Shown one piece after another: positions 23,375-30,326 of a stretch of 32,545 nucleotides of DNA. Every line of letters starts with the position of its first letter. Within the stretch, counting starts at the first letter, position 1. This stretch comes from Thermodesulfobacteriota bacterium (GTDB taxonomy: Bacteria > Desulfobacterota > Desulfobulbia > Desulfobulbales > Desulfurivibrionaceae), in the NCBI GenBank assembly GCA_040756495.1, contig JBFLYY010000097.1, forward strand, positions 1-32,545, written 5' to 3'. The notes under the pieces are model-generated. The model was not told the origin of the DNA. It did no database searches and worked only from the letters and a program-made list of their open reading frames with translations. The position numbers and the translations under genes are program-made.

Positions 23375-23616
23375 GAGAGGAAGAGGATGGGAGGAGAAAA
23401 GGGGGAGAGAAAAAGGCTGAACACTGATACCTCTTTGGCAGGAGCCGCCTTAGCGGCGACAGGGAGAAGGGCGACAAAGGGAACTGTCGCGGGTGAACCC
23501 GCTCCTACGGCCATACATCCGTCTCTTCATTCCTGACCATACACTGCCTTGACCAGATCGTGGGCCTTCTGCCAGACCTTGAGCTGCCGCCGTCCCATCT
23601 CTTCCCTTCTCATCCT

Positions 23617-24693
23617 CTATCCCTCTAACACGCTATCAATCAACTCCTCGCTCACCTGGTCGGTGATCACCACCTTGCCGATCGTGGCGGGCAGCACGAA
23701 GAAGACGCGGCCGCCCACGGTCTTCTTGTCGCTCTTGAGATAGCCCTTGATCCGGGCGCGGTCGAAGTGCGGCGGGATACTCACCGGCAGGCCGTAGTCG
23801 ATGAGGAGCTGGCGCAGGGCCGCGGCCTCTGCCTGCGGGAAGAGCCCCTGCCGCACGGCCAATTCCGCCACTGCGGCCATACCCATGCTCACCGCCATGC
23901 CGTGGGCCAGGGTGTAACCCGAGGCCGCCTCCACCGCATGGCCGATGGTGTGGCCGAAGTTCAGGATGCGGCGCAGGTCCGCCTCCTTCTCGTCCGCCGC
24001 CACCACCGCCGCCTTGATGGCGCAGCAGCGGGCGATCACCCCTTCGAGCACGGAAAGGTCGCGGCCGAGAATCGCCGTCCGCTTTGCCTGCAACTCGGCA
24101 AAGAAGGGCGCGTCGTAGATCACGCCGTACTTCACCACCTCGGCCAGGCCATTGAGCATCTCCGCCGCGGGCAGTTCCCGCAGCACCTCGCTGTCGATAT
24201 AGACCCGGCGCGGCTGGTAGAAGGTGCCCACAAGATTCTTGCCCTCGGGGATATCGACCCCGGTCTTGCCGCCCACCGAGCTGTCCACCTGGGCAAGCAG
24301 GGTGGTGGGAATCTGGACAAAGGGGATGCCGCGCATGTAGATCGAGGCGAGGAAGCCGGTCATGTCGCCGGTCACTCCCCCACCCAGGGCGATGAGGCCA
24401 TCCTTGCGGTCCACCCCGAGTTGCGCCAGCCGGCTGGCCAGCGCGCCGATGGTGGCGAGATTCTTGCTCGCCTCGCCGTGGGGAAAGGTGATGCAATCGG
24501 CCTTGATTCCGGCCGCGGCCAACGAGGCCATGAGCCGCTCGCCGAAGAGGTTGGCCACAGAATCGTCGGCCACCACCACGTACCGCTTGGCAATGGTGCG
24601 TGTCTTGAGATCCTGGCCGATCTCCGCCAGCATCCCTGCCTTGATCACAATGTCGTACGCCCGGTTGCCGAGCCCCACCTGTACTGTGCGCAC
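23617..24693 (-). CDS. aroB: 3-dehydroquinate synthase
   Basis: GGGVTGDMTGFLASIYMRGIPFVQIPTTLLAQVDSSVGGKTGV and HTIGHAVE motifs. Start moved to the GTG at 24693 (AGGAG 7 nt upstream; VRTVQVGLGNRAY.. matches the usual AroB N-terminus). The track start (TTG, 24723) lies almost on the predicted -10. Confidence 0.93.
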   Translation of the reverse strand: MRTVQVGLGNRAYDIVIKAGMLAEIGQDLKTRTIAKRYVVVADDSVANLFGERLMASLAAAGIKADCITFPHGEASKNLATIGALASRLAQLGVDRKDGLIALGGGVTGDMTGFLASIYMRGIPFVQIPTTLLAQVDSSVGGKTGVDIPEGKNLVGTFYQPRRVYIDSEVLRELPAAEMLNGLAEVVKYGVIYDAPFFAELQAKRTAILGRDLSVLEGVIARCCAIKAAVVAADEKEADLRRILNFGHTIGHAVEAASGYTLAHGMAVSMGMAAVAELAVRQGLFPQAEAAALRQLLIDYGLPVSIPPHFDRARIKGYLKSDKKTVGGRVFFVLPATIGKVVITDQVSEELIDSVLEG

Positions 24694-24732
24694 CTGCCCG
24701 CTCCTCTGCCAGAATTCGTGCAATGGACCGAT

Positions 24733-24760
24733 ACTATAAAAGAAATCCGCGGATTTGCAA
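24733..24760 (-). promoter_or_regulatory. sigma70-like aroB promoter candidate (TTGCAA-16 nt-TATAGT)
   Basis: On the minus strand: TTGCAA (24755..24760), 16-nt spacer, TATAGT (24733..24738). Consistent with a leader of about 34 nt to the GTG at 24693. Confidence 0.4.
24743..24756. promoter_or_regulatory. perfect 14-bp palindrome AAATCCGCGGATTT inside the aroB promoter spacer
   Basis: Self-complementary. It overlaps the spacer and the edge of the -35 of the aroB promoter candidate, and lies 10 nt upstream of the -35 of the divergent promoter. Confidence 0.35.
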
Positions 24761-24765
24761 TGAAC

Positions 24766-24793
24766 TTGACAATCGTGGCCAGATCACTACACT
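24766..24793 (+). promoter_or_regulatory. sigma70-like promoter candidate (TTGACA-16 nt-TACACT) for the wHTH-like gene
   Basis: TTGACA at 24766..24771, 16-nt spacer, TACACT at 24788..24793. The ATG is at 24833, preceded by ACGGAGGA. Confidence 0.4.
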
Positions 24794-24832
24794 AAAAACA
24801 GTTCCTGACATCAAATAGATACGGAGGATTCC

Positions 24833-25273
24833 ATGGCCACCACCACACCCCGCTCCCGGACGCAGAAAGACACCCTCACCGATGCCGGCGTGCGCATCGG
24901 CAAGGCCCTGGCCCGCTCCTCGGCCAAGGTCGAGCAGACCGGCCGCAAGGCCCAGCAGGCAGCCAAACGGCTGGTCGAGGCCACGATGGGCAAGGGCAAG
25001 AAGAGCGCGGCTCCGAGAAGAGCGAAGAGCACCGCGGAATCGCCCCTCAAGCCGAACTCCGCCATGACGGTGGAGGCGCTCATCGGCTTTCTGGCCGGCG
25101 ACATCTACAACTACCTCGCGGAAAAGAAGGAGGTGGTTACGGCCGACCTCTTCCGCGCCATGAAACACCGCAACAACTCCCAGGCGTACATCTGCGCCGC
25201 CCTGGGCTGGCTGGCCCGCGAGTACAAGATCCGCTTCCTCGACGACGGCGAAAAGATCGCCCTGGTCGAATAG
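24833..25273 (+). CDS. hypothetical protein: Lys/Arg/Ala-rich N-terminal tail plus C-terminal winged-helix-like domain (DUF2582-like, tentative)
   Basis: Good RBS and GC3 bias. The N-terminal 75 aa or so are basic and low-complexity (..GRKAQQAAKRL..GKGKKSAAPRRAKS..). The C-terminal 70 aa or so (VEALIGFLAGDIYNYLAEKKEV...ALGWLAREYKIRF) look wHTH-like from memory of the family. Confidence 0.65.
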   Translation: MATTTPRSRTQKDTLTDAGVRIGKALARSSAKVEQTGRKAQQAAKRLVEATMGKGKKSAAPRRAKSTAESPLKPNSAMTVEALIGFLAGDIYNYLAEKKEVVTADLFRAMKHRNNSQAYICAALGWLAREYKIRFLDDGEKIALVE

Positions 25274-25299
25274 CCCCCCGCCCTTCCTCCGCCGGCAAT

Positions 25300-25334
25300 A
25301 AAAAAAGGGGATGCCGCTCACGCGACATCCCCTT
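25300..25334 (-). terminator. rho-independent terminator of sat
   Basis: Minus strand reads AAGGGGATG-(12-nt loop with an internal CGC/GCG pair)-CATCCCCTT followed by TTTTTTTATT. It starts 26 nt after the sat stop (25360). Confidence 0.8.
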
Positions 25335-25359
25335 GGTCCTTCGGAATCAGAGACAGAAA

Positions 25360-26637
25360 TTACATCTTGGCGCCGGAAGCGGCACCCTGCATCTTGACCT
25401 CAACCTTCTCGGTCAGATTCTGGTAGTACTCCTTCAGGATCACGAGAACCTCGTCGCGACCGAAATGCGGCACGATCTCGGCACCCTCGGAAAGGGCCTT
25501 GCGCAGCTTGGTGCCGGAGAGGATAACGCGATCTTCCTTGCTGTGCGGGCAGGTACGGAGAGAGGCCATGCCGTCGCACTTGTGGCAGTAGAAGGTCCAG
25601 TCGATCTTGAGCGGCTTGCACTGCAGGGCCTTGCCCGGGTCGGCCGGGGTCGGGATGCGGTCGAAGATCTCCTGGGCCTCGAACAGGCCGTAGAAGTCGC
25701 CAACGCCGGCATGGTCGCGGCCGATGATCATCTTGGTGATGCCGTAGTTCTGACGGAAGGTGGCATGGAGCAGGGCCTCGCGCGGACCTGCGTAGCGCAT
25801 GTCCAGCGGGTAACCGGCCTGGATGACGTTGTCCTTCACGAAGTAGTGCTCAACCAGGCAGTCGATGGCCTTGACGCGAACGTTGGCCGGGATATCGCCC
25901 TTCTTCAGGTTGCCGATCAGGGAGTGGATCAGAACGCCGTCGCATACCTCGATGGCGATCTTGGCCAGGAACTCGTGGGAGCGGTGCATCGGGTTGCGGA
26001 GCTGCAGGGCGGCGATGTCCTTCCAGCCGCGCTCCTCGAACATGGCGCGGGTCTCGGCCGGGGTCAGGTAGACGCCCTTGTACTCGGTCGGGTACTCGCC
26101 CTGATTCAGAACCTTCACCGGGCCGGCCAGGTTCACTTCCTTCTGGTTCATGACCATCTGCACGCCCGGGTGATCCTTCAGCGCGATCTCCCAGAACTTG
26201 TCGTCGGCAGACTCCTCGCCCTTGCCCTTGAAGACCTTCTCGCATTCCCACTTCTTGTCGGCCTCGGACATCTCGTACTTCTCGGAGACCTTCATGGTGG
26301 CGTAGACCACGCCGTCACGCTCCAGGGCGATCTCGTCGCCAACCTTGATCGCGTCGGCGTCGGCCTTGGAGACGTCCAGGGTGATGGGTACCGGCCAGAA
26401 GGTGCCGTCGGCCATGGTGAAGTTCTCGCAAACGCCCTTCCAGTCGGCCTTCTTCATGAAGCCATCGAGCGGAGAGAAACCGCCGATGCCCATCATGATG
26501 CAGTCGCCCTTGGCGCGAGCGCTGATCTGAATCTTCTTCAGGCCCTTGGCCTTCTCGATCTCTGCCTCCAGCTCGTTGCCGTGCAGCAGGCAGCAAACCA
26601 GACCCTTGCCTCCGTGGGGAGCTACCAACTTTGACAT
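25360..26637 (-). CDS. sat: sulfate adenylyltransferase (ATP sulfurylase)
   Basis: [10 protein letters not shown]..., [13 protein letters not shown] (HxxH) and IGRDHAGVG motifs. About 425 aa with no APS-kinase domain. AGGAGA lies 6 nt upstream of the ATG. Confidence 0.96.
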   Translation of the reverse strand: MSKLVAPHGGKGLVCCLLHGNELEAEIEKAKGLKKIQISARAKGDCIMMGIGGFSPLDGFMKKADWKGVCENFTMADGTFWPVPITLDVSKADADAIKVGDEIALERDGVVYATMKVSEKYEMSEADKKWECEKVFKGKGEESADDKFWEIALKDHPGVQMVMNQKEVNLAGPVKVLNQGEYPTEYKGVYLTPAETRAMFEERGWKDIAALQLRNPMHRSHEFLAKIAIEVCDGVLIHSLIGNLKKGDIPANVRVKAIDCLVEHYFVKDNVIQAGYPLDMRYAGPREALLHATFRQNYGITKMIIGRDHAGVGDFYGLFEAQEIFDRIPTPADPGKALQCKPLKIDWTFYCHKCDGMASLRTCPHSKEDRVILSGTKLRKALSEGAEIVPHFGRDEVLVILKEYYQNLTEKVEVKMQGAASGAKM

Positions 26638-26693
26638 AACGTCTCTCCTTTATCTGTTGTGGAACATGGTAATGGGGGTATGAATGCGTAGGG

Positions 26694-26707
26694 TGAACGC
26701 CAATTCA
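26694..26707. promoter_or_regulatory. dyad TGAAC-GCCA-ATTCA in the sat upstream region (candidate operator or activator site)
   Basis: Read directly from the sequence. It lies 57-70 nt upstream of the sat ATG, with the same 5-4-5 geometry and half-sites as the dsrA-leader dyad at 9756..9769. Confidence 0.4.
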
Positions 26708-26728
26708 CTATTTTTTAGACGCCGCCTA

Positions 26729-26757
26729 GGTATACGCAAGGGCCGGGGAATTGTCAA
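26729..26757 (-). promoter_or_regulatory. sigma70-like sat promoter candidate (TTGACA-17 nt-TATACC)
   Basis: On the minus strand: TTGACA (26752..26757), 17-nt spacer, TATACC (26729..26734). This implies a leader of about 85 nt. Confidence 0.5.
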
Positions 26758-26814
26758 GGAAAAATTGGCCAGCCGGAAGGCCCGATTTTACTGGCCATGA
26801 CGGCCGATGGCACG

Positions 26815-26838
26815 AAAAAAACCGCCGCGTTGCGCGGC
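26815..26838 (-). terminator. second (weaker) terminator after the flagellar operon
   Basis: Minus strand: 6-bp GC stem (26824..26829 / 26833..26838) with a 3-nt loop, followed by GG and TTTTTTT. Confidence 0.5.
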
Positions 26839-26841
26839 CGC

Positions 26842-26866
26842 AAAAAGGCCCGCTCGAAGCGGGCCT
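26842..26866 (-). terminator. rho-independent terminator after flaG
   Basis: Minus strand reads AGGCCCGC-TTCGA-GCGGGCCT followed by TTTTTG. It lies 122 nt downstream of the flaG stop. Confidence 0.75.
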
Positions 26867-26987
26867 GCGAACGTCGGCAAAAGGAGGGGAATCCGGCAGG
26901 CAATGCGTGCCGCTCTTGGCGCCAACGGCCGGCACGCCACCGCGGCCGGCGGCCGTGGCGGCGGTGTTGCCGCGGGAAGGGTGCGGC

Positions 26988-27395
26988 TTACGCCTTGCCG
27001 TCGAAAAGGAGGCCGACCAGTTCGTCCAGTTTCTTCCGCAGGGCCAGGGCCTCTTCCGCCGGGAACTGCCGCAGCACCTCGCCGCTCTGGCGGTCGGTTA
27101 CCTGCACCACCACGGCATCGGGCTCGTTGTGCAGGGAGAAGCCGAGGCGGGTATTGCCGATGGCATCCAGCCGTTCCTGCATCTCCTTCACCGCCCTGGC
27201 CGCCTCCTCGGCGGTCACCTTCCGCTTCTCCTGGGCCTCTTTGCCCAGCATCGCCTGCCGGTCGAGGGCCGACCTGGAGGAATCGCCGCCAGCGGCCACC
27301 GGGGCCACCTGCGGCTTTGTCCGATCTTCCCGTTCGACTGCCGGAGCGGTTGGCACGCCAAATCCCTTGACTTCCGCACTCATGCTGACATCCAT
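26988..27395 (-). CDS. flaG: flagellar protein FlaG
   Basis: The C-terminal block ...LGFSLHNEPDAVVVQVTDRQSGEVLRQFPAEEALALRKKL is typical of FlaG. GGAGGTGGAT serves as RBS. Confidence 0.85.
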   Translation of the reverse strand: MDVSMSAEVKGFGVPTAPAVEREDRTKPQVAPVAAGGDSSRSALDRQAMLGKEAQEKRKVTAEEAARAVKEMQERLDAIGNTRLGFSLHNEPDAVVVQVTDRQSGEVLRQFPAEEALALRKKLDELVGLLFDGKA

Positions 27396-27417
27396 GATCC
27401 ACCTCCAACCTGCTTGA

Positions 27418-27801
27418 TTACGCCCTGTTGCTCAGTACCCGCGGCATGGCCCCCCGGCTGCCGCCCTGGGCAGCCCCCAATTTCCCCAGCAACTGCTTGC
27501 CCCGCCGCATGGCGCACTGCTGTTTTGCGATCTCTTCCTGCCGCGCCCGCACCGCTTGGGCCAGCTGCCGTTCGCCCTCCAGCAGGAGACCGAGGGCCTG
27601 CTGCACCGCGGCCAGTTCGTCGGCCGGCACTCCGGCGACCCGGCCCAGCTTCACGAACCCCTGCTGCAACTGCCGGAAGGCGATCTCCCGCTGGCCCCGC
27701 CAGAGAAGACACTCCGCCAGCCGGCCCTCGCACAGCGCCTGCCGATGGGCAGCCTGCAAGGCCGCGAACCGCTCAAATCCCTGCCGCAACTCTTCCTGCA
27801 T
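27418..27801 (-). CDS. hypothetical helical protein in the fliS-downstream position (FliT/FlgN-like chaperone candidate)
   Basis: Gln/Leu/Ala/Arg-rich and predicted all-helical by composition. ATG at 27801 preferred; the track start at 27819 is a GTG 3 nt from the fliS stop. No family recognised, so the call rests on position only. Confidence 0.55.
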   Translation of the reverse strand: MQEELRQGFERFAALQAAHRQALCEGRLAECLLWRGQREIAFRQLQQGFVKLGRVAGVPADELAAVQQALGLLLEGERQLAQAVRARQEEIAKQQCAMRRGKQLLGKLGAAQGGSRGAMPRVLSNRA

Positions 27802-27822
27802 GGCCAGACACCACCCCACGCT

Positions 27823-28326
27823 TCAGATGGAAACCGAAACCCCGGAGACCGCCACACTGGCCGCGGGCCCCGGCTTCATCTTCTCTTCCGCGGGCATCGC
27901 CTCGTCCGCCGCCACGGCTGCCGGCCGCTGCTGCCCGCCGGCCAGGCCGCTCTCCACCAGGGCCGTCTCTTCCCAGATCTTTTTCAGTTCCCGGATGTAG
28001 CCGGCCGCCCGCCGCAACACCATGGGATCGTTGGAGATGGAGACCTTGGGCAGCTCCACCAGCATCGCCGAATAGAGCCCGCGCAGGAACTCCGCGGCCT
28101 CCGACTCGTCCTCCGGCTTGATGGCGGCATTCAGTTCCGTGACCAGGGCGATGGCCCGGCCGAGGTTCTCCCCCCGCTTCCGGGGGCTGCCCTCCCTGAT
28201 GGCTGCCTCGGCGTATTCCAGATGGGTCAGCACCCGTTCGTACATCATATGGATAAGTTTTACAGGGTGAATGGATGCCTGCTTCTCCACCTGCCGGTAT
28301 GCGTCAAGCGCGTGATTCACCACCAT
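27823..28326 (-). CDS. fliS: flagellar export chaperone FliS
   Basis: YRQVEKQASIHPVKLIHMMYERVLTHL...LGRAIALVTELNAAI...LRGLYSAMLVEL is a FliS four-helix signature. It carries a C-terminal Ala/Pro-rich extension of about 40 aa. Confidence 0.9.
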   Translation of the reverse strand: MVVNHALDAYRQVEKQASIHPVKLIHMMYERVLTHLEYAEAAIREGSPRKRGENLGRAIALVTELNAAIKPEDESEAAEFLRGLYSAMLVELPKVSISNDPMVLRRAAGYIRELKKIWEETALVESGLAGGQQRPAAVAADEAMPAEEKMKPGPAASVAVSGVSVSI

Positions 28327-28390
28327 GTGCGTCCTTCCTCCATCGAGTGCGTGCGTTTCCCGTTCAAACCCGGATCGTCTTTCCCGCCTC

Positions 28391-30127
28391 TTACCCGCCG
28401 CCGGAGAGCTGCTTGCTCAGGTTGTCGAACTGCGAGGTCAGAAAGCTGGACATCGACGACATCTGACTCATGTATCGGTCCAACTCGACGAACTGTTTAG
28501 TCAATATTTCATAGCGCCGGTCCAGACGCGCGGTCTCCGTCTCGATCCGGAGATTGAGATCGTCGATGCGTTCCTGGGCCGTGGTCTTTTCCGCCTCGAT
28601 CTGGCCGGTGCCGCTGGTCAGCACCCGCAACCGCTCGTTGACCGTGTCGGCAAAGCCGGTGATGTCGTTGTCCTCGTCCCCCAGCAGAAAATCCTGCACC
28701 CCGGCCGCGTCTGTGGCGATCATGGCATCGAGCACCTCGGTGTCGAGGGTGATGGTGCCGTCCTGATTGAACTCCATGCCCAGGTCGAAGAGGCTCGTCA
28801 CCGTGGCGGTGGCGCTCACCTCGACCGTGGAGGTCATCAGGTTCTGCAGGTCGTAGCGCAGGCTGCCCACCGTGGTGCCGGCCAGCAGCCCGAATTCCTC
28901 GGTCTCCGGATCGTAATTCACCTGGGAACGGATCTCCTGCACCGCGTCGTTGTATGCGGTCACCATCTCGACGATCAGGTCGCGGACGTTGTCGTCGTCG
29001 CTCGCCACGGTGATGGTCGAGGAGCCGGTGCCCTGGAGACTCATGGTCACGCCGGTGATGACGTCGCTGATCGTATTGGTCTGGCGCTGGTAGGAGATGC
29101 CGTTGATGGTCACCTGGGCGTTGAGCGAGGCCGCCGCCGCGCCCTGCTGCTCGGTGAAGGTGAGGTCGGGCAGCTGGTCGGTGATGGCGATGCGGTGGTC
29201 TTCCCCGGTGTCGTCGGCCTCGAGCAGCAGCTTGTATGGGGTGGCCGGATCGCCGGTATTGATGACGGAGGCGGTGACGCCGGGATTGTCGGTATCGTCG
29301 TTGATCAGAGTCACCAGCTCGGCCAGGGTGGTGTCCGCCGCCACGTTCAGGGTCACCACCGTGGGGCTGGCCACCGGGCCGAACTCGTACTGGAAGACCT
29401 CATTGGGCGGGCTCAAGGCGAGGCTGGTGTTGTTGGTGGTGATCTTCACCCGGTTGGCCTCGCCGGTGCCGCCGGCAAAGTCGCTGTTAATCCGCAGATA
29501 GGTCTTGCCGCCGGCCACGTAGGTGGAGGCGGTGACCAGCCGGCCGTTGGCGCCGCCGCCGACGTTCTCCGCATCGGTGTTGATGGCGGTGACCAGGTCG
29601 TTCATGGTGTTGACCCCGGCGGTGGGGCCGACCGGCACCGTGATGGTGGTGGGGGTGGAGCCGAAGCTTACGACCAGATTGCCGTCGCTGGCAGCCACCA
29701 CATCGACGGCCGGGTCGGTCACGCCGGTGGTGGATTCCTGGGTGGTGGGAACATAGACGATGGAATCGGTATCAGCGGCCGCGCCGCTCAACCAGGAACT
29801 CCGGGTGGCCAGCCGGTCCACCGTGACCGAGGTGGCCTGCACCGCGGCACCGTCCTGGACGGTGGCGGTCATCACGCTCGTGCTGGAACTGGTGACGGTC
29901 CGGCCCAGGAAGGTGGAGGCCAGGGAAAGGGAGAGTGCCGGGCTCTTCATGGCCAGGAGCTTGTTCTTGACCACGGTGAACTCGTCGAGTTGCGCCGTGA
30001 GGGTCGAAACCTTGGATTCGAGAGGGGCGATGAGCTGTTGTTCGTCCACCCCGCGGAGCTGCTCCAGAATCGATTGCAGCTCGAGGTTGGAGCCGATGCC
30101 CAGCGAAGAGAGGCTGCTGATGGCCAT
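28391..30127 (-). CDS. fliD: flagellar filament cap protein FliD
   Basis: N-terminus MAISSLSSLGIGSNLELQSILEQL... C-terminus ...RLDRRYEILTKQFVELDRYMSQMSSMSSFL is typical of FliD. Confidence 0.92.
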   Translation of the reverse strand: MAISSLSSLGIGSNLELQSILEQLRGVDEQQLIAPLESKVSTLTAQLDEFTVVKNKLLAMKSPALSLSLASTFLGRTVTSSSTSVMTATVQDGAAVQATSVTVDRLATRSSWLSGAAADTDSIVYVPTTQESTTGVTDPAVDVVAASDGNLVVSFGSTPTTITVPVGPTAGVNTMNDLVTAINTDAENVGGGANGRLVTASTYVAGGKTYLRINSDFAGGTGEANRVKITTNNTSLALSPPNEVFQYEFGPVASPTVVTLNVAADTTLAELVTLINDDTDNPGVTASVINTGDPATPYKLLLEADDTGEDHRIAITDQLPDLTFTEQQGAAAASLNAQVTINGISYQRQTNTISDVITGVTMSLQGTGSSTITVASDDDNVRDLIVEMVTAYNDAVQEIRSQVNYDPETEEFGLLAGTTVGSLRYDLQNLMTSTVEVSATATVTSLFDLGMEFNQDGTITLDTEVLDAMIATDAAGVQDFLLGDEDNDITGFADTVNERLRVLTSGTGQIEAEKTTAQERIDDLNLRIETETARLDRRYEILTKQFVELDRYMSQMSSMSSFLTSQFDNLSKQLSGGG

Positions 30128-30198
30128 GGAACTTCCCTCCGTGTGTGCTCAGGAACCAGCCGCCCGCCACTTGGCGGCCGGACCGTTTCCTATAACGC

Positions 30199-30225
30199 AT
30201 ATCGGCAGCAGGCCGTGAAACTTGA
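30199..30225 (-). promoter_or_regulatory. sigma28 (FliA)-type promoter upstream of fliD
   Basis: Minus strand reads TCAAGTTT-11 nt-GCCGATAT, against the consensus TAAAGTTT-N11-GCCGATAA. It lies 72-98 nt upstream of the fliD ATG. Confidence 0.6.
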
Positions 30226-30235
30226 GGGATTTCTC

Positions 30236-30278
30236 AAAAAAAGGGGGGAGCGGCCAGCCGGCCACTCCCCCGAAAAAA
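30236..30278 (-). terminator. rho-independent terminator of the flagellin gene
   Basis: Minus strand: GGGGGAG-TGGCCGGCTGGCCG-CTCCCCC, an interrupted stem of about 11 bp, followed by TTTTTTT. An additional 8-bp hairpin lies at 30288..30308, just after the stop. Confidence 0.8.
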
Positions 30279-30326
30279 GGCTGCCGACCGTCCCCGGAAA
30301 GGGGACGGCCGGGTTGTGGTTTCCGC

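Noticed and set aside
23444-23502. Clustered hairpins that might be a tRNA or tRNA-like element.
   Set aside because: There is no cloverleaf geometry. The GCGGG-TGAA-CCCGC stem has a 4-nt loop rather than a 7-nt T-loop. No acceptor stem or anticodon arm could be drawn.
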